Below, piece by piece: positions 19,362-27,680 of a stretch of DNA of 51,440 nt. A program made the position numbers and the translations under genes. Each line of letters begins with the position of its first letter. Position 1 is the stretch's first letter. The notes under the pieces were generated by a model, which was not told the origin of the DNA, made no database searches, and worked only from the letters and a program-made list of their open reading frames with translations. The DNA comes from Deltaproteobacteria bacterium. Lineage in GTDB: Bacteria > JACQOV01. The DNA is taken from positions 1 to 51,440 of the forward strand of contig JACQOV010000022.1 in NCBI GenBank assembly GCA_016202395.1. Direction: 5' to 3'.

Positions 19362-20942
19362 ATGGAAGAGAACAGCTCCAATATCTTTCCGAAGCCTGTT
19401 CCGGGCGATCTCGTTGATCGTCGTTTTCGGGTGAGTCGTCTCCTCGAGAACTGCATCTTGGGAGCCTCCTATGGGGTGCAAGAAGGGGAGAGGCCGAAGG
19501 TCCTCCGGCTCTTCGATCCGGTATCAGGGTTAGGGCATCCTTCCGAACAGAATCTTCCCAACGTTGTCGAGTATTGGCAAACCCATTTGGAATCCGCTCT
19601 CATCCCTTTTGAAACATGGGGAAAGTGTGAGGGATCCTCGTATCTCGTTCGCCCTTGGGTGGAAGGGGTGAGCCTAGCCCAAATCTTGGCTGAAAGGGTT
19701 CAACACGGCGCTACGATTTCGGAGCAGGAACAAGAAACTTGGATTTTAGGGCTGCTCGAGGCGATGCGCACTCTCCATCGTTATGAGGTTTTTGGGACCC
19801 TAAAGCCATCCAATATTTTTCTCACCAAGGACTCTAAGATTGTTCTCACCGATTTTGCTTTGATGTCTCTCATTCCACATGCGGAGTTAATCGGTTGTTA
19901 TCTGACGAAAGATTCCTATTTCTATCTGGCTCCAGAGCTCATTGGTGGGGATCTTGTGACTCCCCAAAGCGATATTTATTCTATCGGTGTTATCTTGGAA
20001 GAGATGCTAACGTTGACGCTTCCCAAAGGGAGGGGCTTGGATCCTGTATTGAAAGGTTCCCCTTGGGAATCGGTTCTGGCTCGTTGTTTGGCTGTCGAGC
20101 CGGGTGAGCGATTTCAATCGGTGGAGGCGCTCGAAAAAGCGATTCGGCCCATTCTTCTCAGGGAACCCACTCTTTCTGAACATGTCCCAGCAGCCGTTGG
20201 ATCTGAAGAAGAGGGGCCGATCACGATTCCTATTCCATTGGAAGATTCACGGCCTTCCTCGTCTCATCGGCTCGGATGGGGTGCGGTCTTGTTCGTTGGA
20301 GTTCTTATCGGGTTTGGTTATTTTGCGCTTCAAAAACAGGAAAAGCCGGCTCCTTCCCTGCAGATCGAAGAAAGATATGATTTGGCTTTAGAGACCTCCC
20401 TCCTTTCTCCCCCTCTTATGGGTGATGAGATCGGTATCGATGAGCCTGTGGAGCCTGAAATCATGATTCCTTCTCCTCCAGCGCCCCAAGAGAGTGTCAT
20501 CCCCCCGTCTTCTAAAAGTGTTTTGCCAGGACCTGCCTCTCAGCAGGAGGAGGGGTTTACCTCTGTTCCAGTCTGTCCTAAAGAGATGATCCTTTTGAAC
20601 CGCGCGAAGAAGAGGGTTTGCATCGATCCACATCCTTTTCCGAATGTGTCCGAAGGCAGCCCCGTGAGGACTCAAACTTTTGATGAGGCATTGGAGCGTT
20701 GCCGATCGGTCGGGAAGGAGATCTGCGCGGAGATCTCGTGGGAATACGCCTGTGAAAAAGGGATGATTCATCGTCAAACGCAGATTCCAGAATGGGTTGT
20801 CGATGCGGTGGGGCAAGCCCAACTGAAGGAAGGGGAATCGTGTTCGGACCGAGGCGCTCATTCTTTGGAGAACTCTCCCGCCAATGCGGTATTCCACTGT
20901 TGCGCCTCTCCATTCTTGAGGTGGGTCTCTTCTCGCAGATAA
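19362..20942 (+). CDS. Ser/Thr kinase-fold membrane protein (probable pseudokinase) with Cys-rich C-terminal domain
   Basis: LKPSNI, YLAPE and SDIYSIG present; HRD replaced by FGT and DFG by DFA; one TM; Pro-rich linker. Confidence 0.75.
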   Translation: MEENSSNIFPKPVPGDLVDRRFRVSRLLENCILGASYGVQEGERPKVLRLFDPVSGLGHPSEQNLPNVVEYWQTHLESALIPFETWGKCEGSSYLVRPWVEGVSLAQILAERVQHGATISEQEQETWILGLLEAMRTLHRYEVFGTLKPSNIFLTKDSKIVLTDFALMSLIPHAELIGCYLTKDSYFYLAPELIGGDLVTPQSDIYSIGVILEEMLTLTLPKGRGLDPVLKGSPWESVLARCLAVEPGERFQSVEALEKAIRPILLREPTLSEHVPAAVGSEEEGPITIPIPLEDSRPSSSHRLGWGAVLFVGVLIGFGYFALQKQEKPAPSLQIEERYDLALETSLLSPPLMGDEIGIDEPVEPEIMIPSPPAPQESVIPPSSKSVLPGPASQQEEGFTSVPVCPKEMILLNRAKKRVCIDPHPFPNVSEGSPVRTQTFDEALERCRSVGKEICAEISWEYACEKGMIHRQTQIPEWVVDAVGQAQLKEGESCSDRGAHSLENSPANAVFHCCASPFLRWVSSRR

Positions 20943-21013
20943 TCCCACAAAGGAGTTGCTTCGTAAGAGCCACCTGTGGTAAGAGCAAGCTACGTTGTTT
21001 GGAGTGAGAAGCC

Positions 21014-22387
21014 ATGCCTAAAGTGCTCATTGTCGATGATGACCCATCCGTTCGTGAATTTCTCAAAATCACGTTAAAGCCGGACTATACGCTTTTAGAG
21101 GCCTCCCAGGCTCGAGAGGCGATCGAACTTTTTCGCCAAGAGCGCCCCGACCTTGTTTTGCTCGATATCCTTCTTCCCGAGATTAGCGGGATGGAGTGTC
21201 TGAAACAGTTCGTTCAGGAGCGCCCCGATGCCAAGGTAATCATGATCACGGCGGTAGATCGAGTGAAGGTTGCGGTAGAGGCGATGCAGTTGGGAGCTTT
21301 TGACTACATTCCAAAACCGTTTGATGTTGAAACACTGAGATTGGTTGTGGATCGGGCCATTCATAGCCGCCAGATGGAACAAGAGATCCATCTACTTCGC
21401 TCCGAGGTTGACCAAAAATATCAATTTCAGAATATTATTGGCAAATCCCCACAGATGCAGGAGATCTTCCGAGTGATAGAACAAGTGGCCGATAAAGATT
21501 CCACCGTTCTCATCTTGGGGGAAAGCGGAACTGGGAAAGAGCTTGTGGCCCGGGCCATTCATGAGATGAGCTCTAGAAATGATAAGAACTTTGTGGGTCT
21601 CAATTGTGCCGCTATTCCAGAGCATCTGATCGAGAGCGAGCTGTTCGGCCATGAAAAAGGGGCCTTTACCGATGCCTTTGAACGTAAAATGGGGCAATTT
21701 GAGGCGGCCAATAATGGAACCCTCTTTTTAGATGAGATTGGAGATCTCTCTCTCTCAACACAGGTCAAAATTTTAAGGGTCTTGCAGGAAAAGGAGTTCC
21801 ATCGGGTGGGGGGAACGACGCCGATTAAGGTGGATGTCCGATTGATCGCGGCAACAAACAAGGACTTGGAAGAGGCGATTCGTCAAGGGAAATTTCGTGA
21901 AGATCTTTATTTTAGAATCAACGTGGTTCCAATTACAATCTCTCCCCTTCGTCAAAGGAGAGAGGATATTCCCATTTTAGCAAACCACTATGCGGAGCTT
22001 CTCTCCAAAAGGGAGAATGGCAAGGTGAGAACCCTTTCGCAAAAGGCGATGGAGGTGTTGATGAGCTACGATTGGCCGGGCAATGTGCGGGAGCTCCAGA
22101 ATGTCCTAGAACGGACATTGGGTCTTGTGGATCGCGATGTTATTTATCCCGATGATCTCCCTCCCGAGATCCGGGAGGCTTATCGATTTGTGAAAAGGAA
22201 AGAGTCGGTTCTTGAAGGAGAGGTGACGATGGGAGAAGCGGAAAAAGAGTTTGAAAGAGAATTAATCCTTAATGCTCTCAGAAAATCAAAGGGGATTCAA
22301 ACAAAAGCGGCTCAGATGTTAGGAGTCTCTCGAAGGATCCTCAAATATAAGATGGACAAATATTCCATAAATTATAAAGATTTATAA
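21014..22387 (+). CDS. sigma54-dependent response regulator (NtrC family: REC-AAA+-Fis HTH)
   Basis: VDDD/LLD/KP receiver; GESGTGKE; ESELFGHEKGAFTDA; FLDEIG; WPGNVREL; HTH. Confidence 0.96.
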   Translation: MPKVLIVDDDPSVREFLKITLKPDYTLLEASQAREAIELFRQERPDLVLLDILLPEISGMECLKQFVQERPDAKVIMITAVDRVKVAVEAMQLGAFDYIPKPFDVETLRLVVDRAIHSRQMEQEIHLLRSEVDQKYQFQNIIGKSPQMQEIFRVIEQVADKDSTVLILGESGTGKELVARAIHEMSSRNDKNFVGLNCAAIPEHLIESELFGHEKGAFTDAFERKMGQFEAANNGTLFLDEIGDLSLSTQVKILRVLQEKEFHRVGGTTPIKVDVRLIAATNKDLEEAIRQGKFREDLYFRINVVPITISPLRQRREDIPILANHYAELLSKRENGKVRTLSQKAMEVLMSYDWPGNVRELQNVLERTLGLVDRDVIYPDDLPPEIREAYRFVKRKESVLEGEVTMGEAEKEFERELILNALRKSKGIQTKAAQMLGVSRRILKYKMDKYSINYKDL

Positions 22388-22391
22388 CGCA

Positions 22392-22663
22392 GTGCACAAA
22401 AATGTTCATGACTAGCAACTTTTTTCTGAGTTCTGAACATTTTTGAACAACTTCGTTTTTTTAAGAATAACCTCATTAAAAACGGTTCCTTGAGACAGAT
22501 GTGGATAACTTGTGCACAGAAATGTTCAAGAAACGGGAGTGGATCAGCTTTTGTAGATGAAAATTGGACTCTAAGGAATTCTGTATAACCCATTGAAAAT
22601 GAATGGATTTTATTGAAAATGAATTTATTTTTAGAAGAGGCGTGGTTTTGGCACGATTCTTGT
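22392..22663 (+). promoter_or_regulatory. sigma54 promoter with upstream activator-like repeats
   Basis: TGGCACGATTCTTGT at 22649-63; GTGCACA(A/G)AAATGTTCA at 22392 and 22512; inverted variant at 22434; IHF-like site at 22586. Confidence 0.7.
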
Positions 22664-22703
22664 ATAGCCTTAGCCTGTGGAATTTGTATCGAGAGGAAGG
22701 AAA

Positions 22704-23828
22704 ATGTCAAACGGAAATTCGCAAGTCCTTGTTGTGGACGATGATTTAGGGCCTCGTGAGACCTTGAAGATGATTCTCAAGGCTCACTACGGCGTATTCA
22801 CGGCAAGTGATGGGGAGGAGGCCCTCCAGGTTCTTGGGGCAGAGCCGATCGATTTAGTGACCTTAGATCTCAAAATGCCAGGGCTTTGTGGGACCGACCT
22901 TTTGAAAGAGATCAAGCGGCGCCACCCCGAAGTCCAGGTGATCATCATTACGGGCCATGGCACGATGGATACGGCGGTGGAGGGGATCCGACAAGGGGTC
23001 TGCGATTTTATCCAAAAACCGTACAACCTGATGGATCTTTTAAGCGCCGTCAAACGTTCGATTCAGGTTCGGGAATCCCAGAAGATGATGCGCTCGTTGT
23101 TTGAGGAGTTGAACGAGGCGGTCCGTTTCCGAGATACCACCTACGATGTGTTGGATCGAGTGAGGGCTCATCAAGAGGTTGTCCGTAAGGTCGAAGGTTT
23201 GATGCACCAGCCGACTTCGGAGAGAAGGCCTCAAGAGAATTCGAGTGAAACGTTGGAGTTTGCCAAAGTTTTGGCCCACACCCTAGAGAGTCAAGATCCT
23301 TACACCCATGGTCACTCTTGGCGAGTCTCTCACTATTCGATGTTGATTGCCGAGAAACTGGGCCTTAGCGATGGAGAGAAGCAAGATCTTCAGTTAGCGA
23401 GTTTCCTTCATGACATTGGGAAGCTTGGCGTGAATCTCCAATACATTCGGAAACCTGCAAGTCTCTCTAAGGAAGAATGGAAGACGATGAGACAACACCC
23501 GGTGAAAGGGGCAGATTTGGTAGCGCCACTCAATGTTCCGGAAGCGGTTCGGCAGGCGATTCGCCATCACCACGAATTTTATGATGGAAGCGGTTATCCC
23601 GACGGGCTCAAAGCGGAGCAGATCCCGCTCCCTGCGCGCATTGTGGGGATTGCCGACACCTATGATGCCATGGCCACCGACCGGCCCTACCGAAAAGCCC
23701 TATCCCGCGAAAAGATTATCGACGAATTCACCCGATTCTCCGGAATTCAGTTCGATCCTCGACTCGTGAAGATCATCTTGGAGCTGATTTCGGAGCAAGG
23801 GGATCTCCAAGCCAAACTTTTCTATTGA
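22704..23828 (+). CDS. REC + HD-GYP c-di-GMP phosphodiesterase (RpfG-like)
   Basis: VDDD..LDLKMP receiver; DPYT.GHS.RV; LHDIGK; HHE..DGSGYP; D.YDAM...RPYR. Confidence 0.94.
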   Translation: MSNGNSQVLVVDDDLGPRETLKMILKAHYGVFTASDGEEALQVLGAEPIDLVTLDLKMPGLCGTDLLKEIKRRHPEVQVIIITGHGTMDTAVEGIRQGVCDFIQKPYNLMDLLSAVKRSIQVRESQKMMRSLFEELNEAVRFRDTTYDVLDRVRAHQEVVRKVEGLMHQPTSERRPQENSSETLEFAKVLAHTLESQDPYTHGHSWRVSHYSMLIAEKLGLSDGEKQDLQLASFLHDIGKLGVNLQYIRKPASLSKEEWKTMRQHPVKGADLVAPLNVPEAVRQAIRHHHEFYDGSGYPDGLKAEQIPLPARIVGIADTYDAMATDRPYRKALSREKIIDEFTRFSGIQFDPRLVKIILELISEQGDLQAKLFY

Positions 23829-23831
23829 AAA

Positions 23832-23868
23832 TGTCATTGCGAGGAGCCGAAGGCGACGAAGCAATCTC
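23832..23868. repeat. GTCATTGCGAG-type REP/RPE-like palindrome
   Basis: TGTCATTGCGAGGAGCCGAAGGCGACGAAGCAATCTC just after a stop codon; related copy at 44675..44713. Confidence 0.75.
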
Positions 23869-23879
23869 CTCCCCTCTTT

Positions 23880-23919
23880 TGTATCATTTCTGTTACAAAG
23901 TTGTATCAGAACTGTTACA
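23880..23919. promoter_or_regulatory. tandem 18-bp palindromic operator TGTATCA-N4-TGTTACA x2
   Basis: Copies at 23880 and 23902; same motif at 46444 and 46465. Confidence 0.65.
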
Positions 23920-23984
23920 AACCCCCCTTCTGTTAGATCATTCCATTCATCGCTAGTTTTCGGAACCTTTAAAACGAGCTATGA

Positions 23985-25084
23985 ATGAACCTGATGATGG
24001 AGATGCAGAGAAAGTTGGGGCTTTGGGATTCGAGCGCCATTGTGGTGGGGAATATCATTGGGGTAGGGATCTTTATGACCTCCGGCTTTGTCGCCACTCA
24101 TCTGCGCGATCCTTTCCATTTTCTCATGGCTTGGATTGTCGGTGGATTTCTCGCTTTTGCTGGCGCTTTGACCTTTGCAGAATTGGGAGCGGCGATGCCT
24201 CATGCCGGTGGAGACTATGTCTATCTCAAAACGGCCTATGGACCTCTCTGGGGATTTCTCACCGGTTGGGCCTCGTTTCTGGTGACCTTCTCAGGTTCGA
24301 TTGCAGCATTGGCAGTGGCTTTTGCCGGCTACGTGAAAGGGGGGATGCTAACAGCCATCGGCGTAATCTTTTTTCTCACCTTTTTGAATCTTATCGGGGT
24401 CTCGTGGGGGAAATGGGCTCAGAACCTTTTAACCGCTTGGGGATGGGGGTTGTGATCTTGTTGTATGTTGGGATCAACGCCGTTTTCGTTTTTGCGGCCC
24501 CTTTGTCGGAGATGTCGGGGGTGATGGAGGTTGCAGATCTTGCAGCGGCGAATCTATTTGGGAGTTTCGCCTCGAGAGGGGTCTCGTTCCTCGTGGCTTT
24601 GAGTATCCTGGGGGCCTTGAATTCCCTGATCTTGATTGGCCCCAGGATCTATTACGCGATGGCTCAGGACGGTCTCTTCTTTCAAAGAGTGGGATCGATC
24701 CATCCTCGGTTTAAAACCCCTGCCGCCTCGATCCTGTTGCAGTCCCTTTGGGCTACGGTTTTAATTTTGACAGGGACGTTTGGGCAGTTGTTAAACTACG
24801 TGACGTTTGTGATCCTCCTATTCTCTTGCTTGACAGGAGCCGCTGTCTTTGTCATTCGGCATCGGTTCTCTGAGAGGGATCGCCCCTTTTCGATGTGGGG
24901 CTATCCATGGATTCCTTTGCTCTTTATTGGAATCTCTCTTTGGATCATGGGGAATGTACTGGTGACCAAACCTCTGGAGGCCCTTGCTGGTCTTGGATTC
25001 GTTTCATTGGGGATCCCGGTTTATTTCTATTGGAGAAGAAAATTGAAAGGAGAAAACTATGTTCAAAATCGATCGGCATCCTAG
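23985..25084 (+). pseudogene. APC-family amino acid permease, frameshifted with an internal deletion
   Basis: N-terminal half (GNIIGVGIF, AELGAAMP.AGG.Y) in 23985..24455; C-terminal half (PRIYYAMA.DG, HPRFKTP, RPF...GYP) in another frame from about 24445. Confidence 0.8.
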
Positions 25085-25790
25085 AGGAAAGTTTTTGTTG
25101 ATCTTTTGGGTATTTTTCGTGGTGGGTTGTGCCTCCACCTTGCCCAAAGAGGAGGTCTTCGAACGGAACCAAGAGCATTTCGATCGGCGCGCCCAGACTT
25201 ATGATAAGAGCTTTGACCAGTGGGTTGCTTTTGAGCCGGCCCACAATCTCCTTTTAAGGGAGGCTGAAAAAAGGGGTCTTTCTCCCGAGGCTCGGATCCT
25301 GGACGTGGCCTCCGGGACCGGCATTTTAGCCCTTCGTCTGGCGGAGAAGGCTCCTCGGGGAGAGATTGTCGGCATGGATATCTCTCCAGAGATGGTAGAG
25401 ATCGCGAATCAAAAAGCGGAAGGGTTTCCGAATGTAGAGTTTGTTGTTGGGAACGTGGAGGCCATGCCATTTCCAGATGAGACTTTTGATGTCGTCACCT
25501 GTTCTTATTCTTTTCATCATTTTCCCGATCCGGATGTTGCCTTGGAAGAGATCCATCGGGTTTTGAAGAAGGGGGGGAAACTTTACATCATCGATCCGTA
25601 CAAGGCCATCCCGTTTGGTTACGTGAACTGGGCCCTCGATCAAATCTTTGAGGGGCCGATCTGGTTCCAGAGCGCCCGCGGTTTTAGGAAACTTTATCAG
25701 CAGCATGGCTTTCAGAAGATTGATCAGAAACGCCAGTTGCGTCGCTTAGGGATTGTCGTTCCCGCGATATTAACCGTGGGGACAAAATAG
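25059..25790 (+). CDS. class I SAM-dependent methyltransferase (UbiE-like) with a lipoprotein-like signal
   Basis: ILDVASGTG, G.DISPEM, PFPDETFD, RVLK.GG; N-terminal hydrophobic stretch ending VVGC. Confidence 0.85.
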   Translation: MFKIDRHPRGKFLLIFWVFFVVGCASTLPKEEVFERNQEHFDRRAQTYDKSFDQWVAFEPAHNLLLREAEKRGLSPEARILDVASGTGILALRLAEKAPRGEIVGMDISPEMVEIANQKAEGFPNVEFVVGNVEAMPFPDETFDVVTCSYSFHHFPDPDVALEEIHRVLKKGGKLYIIDPYKAIPFGYVNWALDQIFEGPIWFQSARGFRKLYQQHGFQKIDQKRQLRRLGIVVPAILTVGTK

Positions 25791-25903
25791 AAGGGAATCT
25801 CGTCCAAAGTCAACCACGGCATGTCAGAATTACCGAGTGAAATTTACTGATGAAGTCTTCACAAATTTGTATTGTTGACGATGACGTGATATGCTAACAA
25901 CTA

Positions 25904-26140
25904 ATGTATAGAGAGTTGATTCAGTCCGATCCTGCCATTATGATGGGGAAGCCAGTGATTGCCGGCACTCGTATTACGGTGGAATTAATCTTGGAGAAGC
26001 TTGCAGCAGGGGAGGCCGTTGATCAAATTCTTCAAGCTCACCCTAGGTTGACGTCGGAAGCGATACACGCGGCCCTTGCTTTTGCGGCAGAGGTTTTACG
26101 CGCCGACGTTGTCTATCCTCTTAACAGGATTGTTTACTGA
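25904..26140 (+). CDS. DUF433-family antitoxin-like protein
   Basis: DP.IM.GKPVI.GTRITVE.IL..LAAG...I...HP.LT...I.AAL.FA signature. Confidence 0.9.
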   Translation: MYRELIQSDPAIMMGKPVIAGTRITVELILEKLAAGEAVDQILQAHPRLTSEAIHAALAFAAEVLRADVVYPLNRIVY

Positions 26141-26249
26141 GGCTAAAACGGTTGCGATTCTGGAAGCAATTGAAGTTCATGGGGATGAGCTTATTCGAAA
26201 CTTTACCGTTATCACACCGGGCGCAGTCCGTATCCGACGGCAACTGTGA
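26121..26249 (+). pseudogene. C-terminal remnant of a DUF5615/PIN-like toxin
   Basis: Frame reads LTGLFTEAKTVAILEAIEVHGDELIRNFTVITPGAVRIRRQL*; no start codon and no N-terminal PIN core. Confidence 0.65.
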
Positions 26250-26378
26250 CGATTGGGCCTTTTTGTTCCCGCCCTCTTGACCGTGGGGATCCAGTGAGAA
26301 AGCTTCAGGTATTTTGAAGATTATGCGGAAAGAACCCGGCATTTATGCCCGTCGAAAAAAAGGATTGGAAGCAAAAAA

Positions 26379-27077
26379 ATGGACATACAATTTCGAGCGG
26401 CAAAACCGGAGGATGTCGAAGAGGCTTGCCTTCTCATTTACAGTGCCGCTGTAGAGGCGTTCGATTACGTTTTTGCTACCACTTGGAACCGCGCCCTCGA
26501 TTTCCTTCGATTCACTTTCAGAAGAAGGGGGTTGTTTGGATACAATAATCATGTCGTTGTTATAGTAGAAAGCAAGGTTGTTGGGATTGGTGCTTTTTAT
26601 AGTGGCTTTGAATTCAATCGTCTCAATTGGGAGAATATAGTTCAAATTTTCCGGTTCTTTGGGCCGATCCGAGCGTGGGGAGTTTTAAGGAAGGGATACC
26701 TCACTCAAAGATTGATTCCTCCTCCAAAACGATATATGGAATACATTGCCGATTTGGGGATCCATCCCGAGATGAGAGGGAAGGGGATCGGAACCGCGTT
26801 ACTTCTCCATCAGATGAAGATCGCGCACCATCGAGGGAAGAAGCTCTATGCCTTGGATGTGGCAGCAAACAATCCCAAAGCCCAAAGGCTCTATGAGCGA
26901 TTAGGGTTTAAGGTGGTTCAGGAAAGGGGGACGTCTGTAGATAGCGCCGTGGGTCTCGTTCCTGCGATTCGTCGCATGGAGATGAAGTTAGAATCCACCT
27001 CCTCTTTAGGAATCTCTTTGTCGGAAGTTCGAGACAAGCAGCTTGAGGTTGGGAGGAACGATGTATCGACTTTATGA
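26379..27077 (+). CDS. GNAT acetyltransferase
   Basis: I.P..RGKGIG..LL; LDV...N..A..LYE.LGF. Confidence 0.9.
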   Translation: MDIQFRAAKPEDVEEACLLIYSAAVEAFDYVFATTWNRALDFLRFTFRRRGLFGYNNHVVVIVESKVVGIGAFYSGFEFNRLNWENIVQIFRFFGPIRAWGVLRKGYLTQRLIPPPKRYMEYIADLGIHPEMRGKGIGTALLLHQMKIAHHRGKKLYALDVAANNPKAQRLYERLGFKVVQERGTSVDSAVGLVPAIRRMEMKLESTSSLGISLSEVRDKQLEVGRNDVSTL

Positions 27078-27663
27078 ATTCAGTCCGTCTGGAAATTGTT
27101 ACAAGGCGCGTCTTTTGTTGACGCAGCTGGAAATTCCCTTTGAACGGGTGGAGATCGACATTGTACGAGGAGAGTCGCGAACCCCGGATTTCTTGAAAAA
27201 GAACTTCAATGGTCGAGTTCCTGTCTTAGAGATTAAGGAGGGGCAATTCTTAAGCGAATCGAATGCGATCCTTTATTACCTGGCTGAGGGAACTCCATTT
27301 TTACCGAGTTCTAAGCTTGAAAGGGCTCAGGTTTTACAGTGGATGTCTTTTGAGCAGTATAACCACGAGCCCAACATTGCGACCTCGAGGTATTGGATCC
27401 AATATTTAAAGAAAGAGAAGGAGTACGCGGAAGCTTTGGTGAAGAAGCGAGAGTTGGGCTATGAAGCATTGAAAGTGATGGAGAGGCATTTAGCCGATCG
27501 CCATTTTTTTGTGGCCGACACCTATTCAATTGCCGATATTGCATTGTACGCTTATACCCATGTGGCCGAGGAAGGAGGTTTTGATCTTTCCGACTTTCCC
27601 AGGATCCAGATATGGCTTGAGCATGTTAAGGATCAACCCCATCACATCGCAATAACCGATTGA
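27061..27663 (+). CDS. glutathione S-transferase family protein
   Basis: SGNCYK, N.NGRVPVL, ESNAIL.YL, SIADIAL. Confidence 0.93.
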   Translation: MYRLYEFSPSGNCYKARLLLTQLEIPFERVEIDIVRGESRTPDFLKKNFNGRVPVLEIKEGQFLSESNAILYYLAEGTPFLPSSKLERAQVLQWMSFEQYNHEPNIATSRYWIQYLKKEKEYAEALVKKRELGYEALKVMERHLADRHFFVADTYSIADIALYAYTHVAEEGGFDLSDFPRIQIWLEHVKDQPHHIAITD

Positions 27664-27680
27664 AACGCCGAGGGCGCCCA

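Noticed and set aside
22500-22508. Replication origin, from a DnaA box (plus near matches around 46486-46505)
   Set aside because: Isolated boxes with no box cluster and no dnaA/dnaN/gidA context.
23981-24445. N-terminal half of the 367-aa ORF 23981..25084
   Set aside because: An off-frame reading of the permease 5' half; the real frame is 23985..24455.
26298-26378. Possible C-terminal remnant of another gene (FEDYAERT/PAFMP across a frameshift)
   Set aside because: Too short to support a call without a search.
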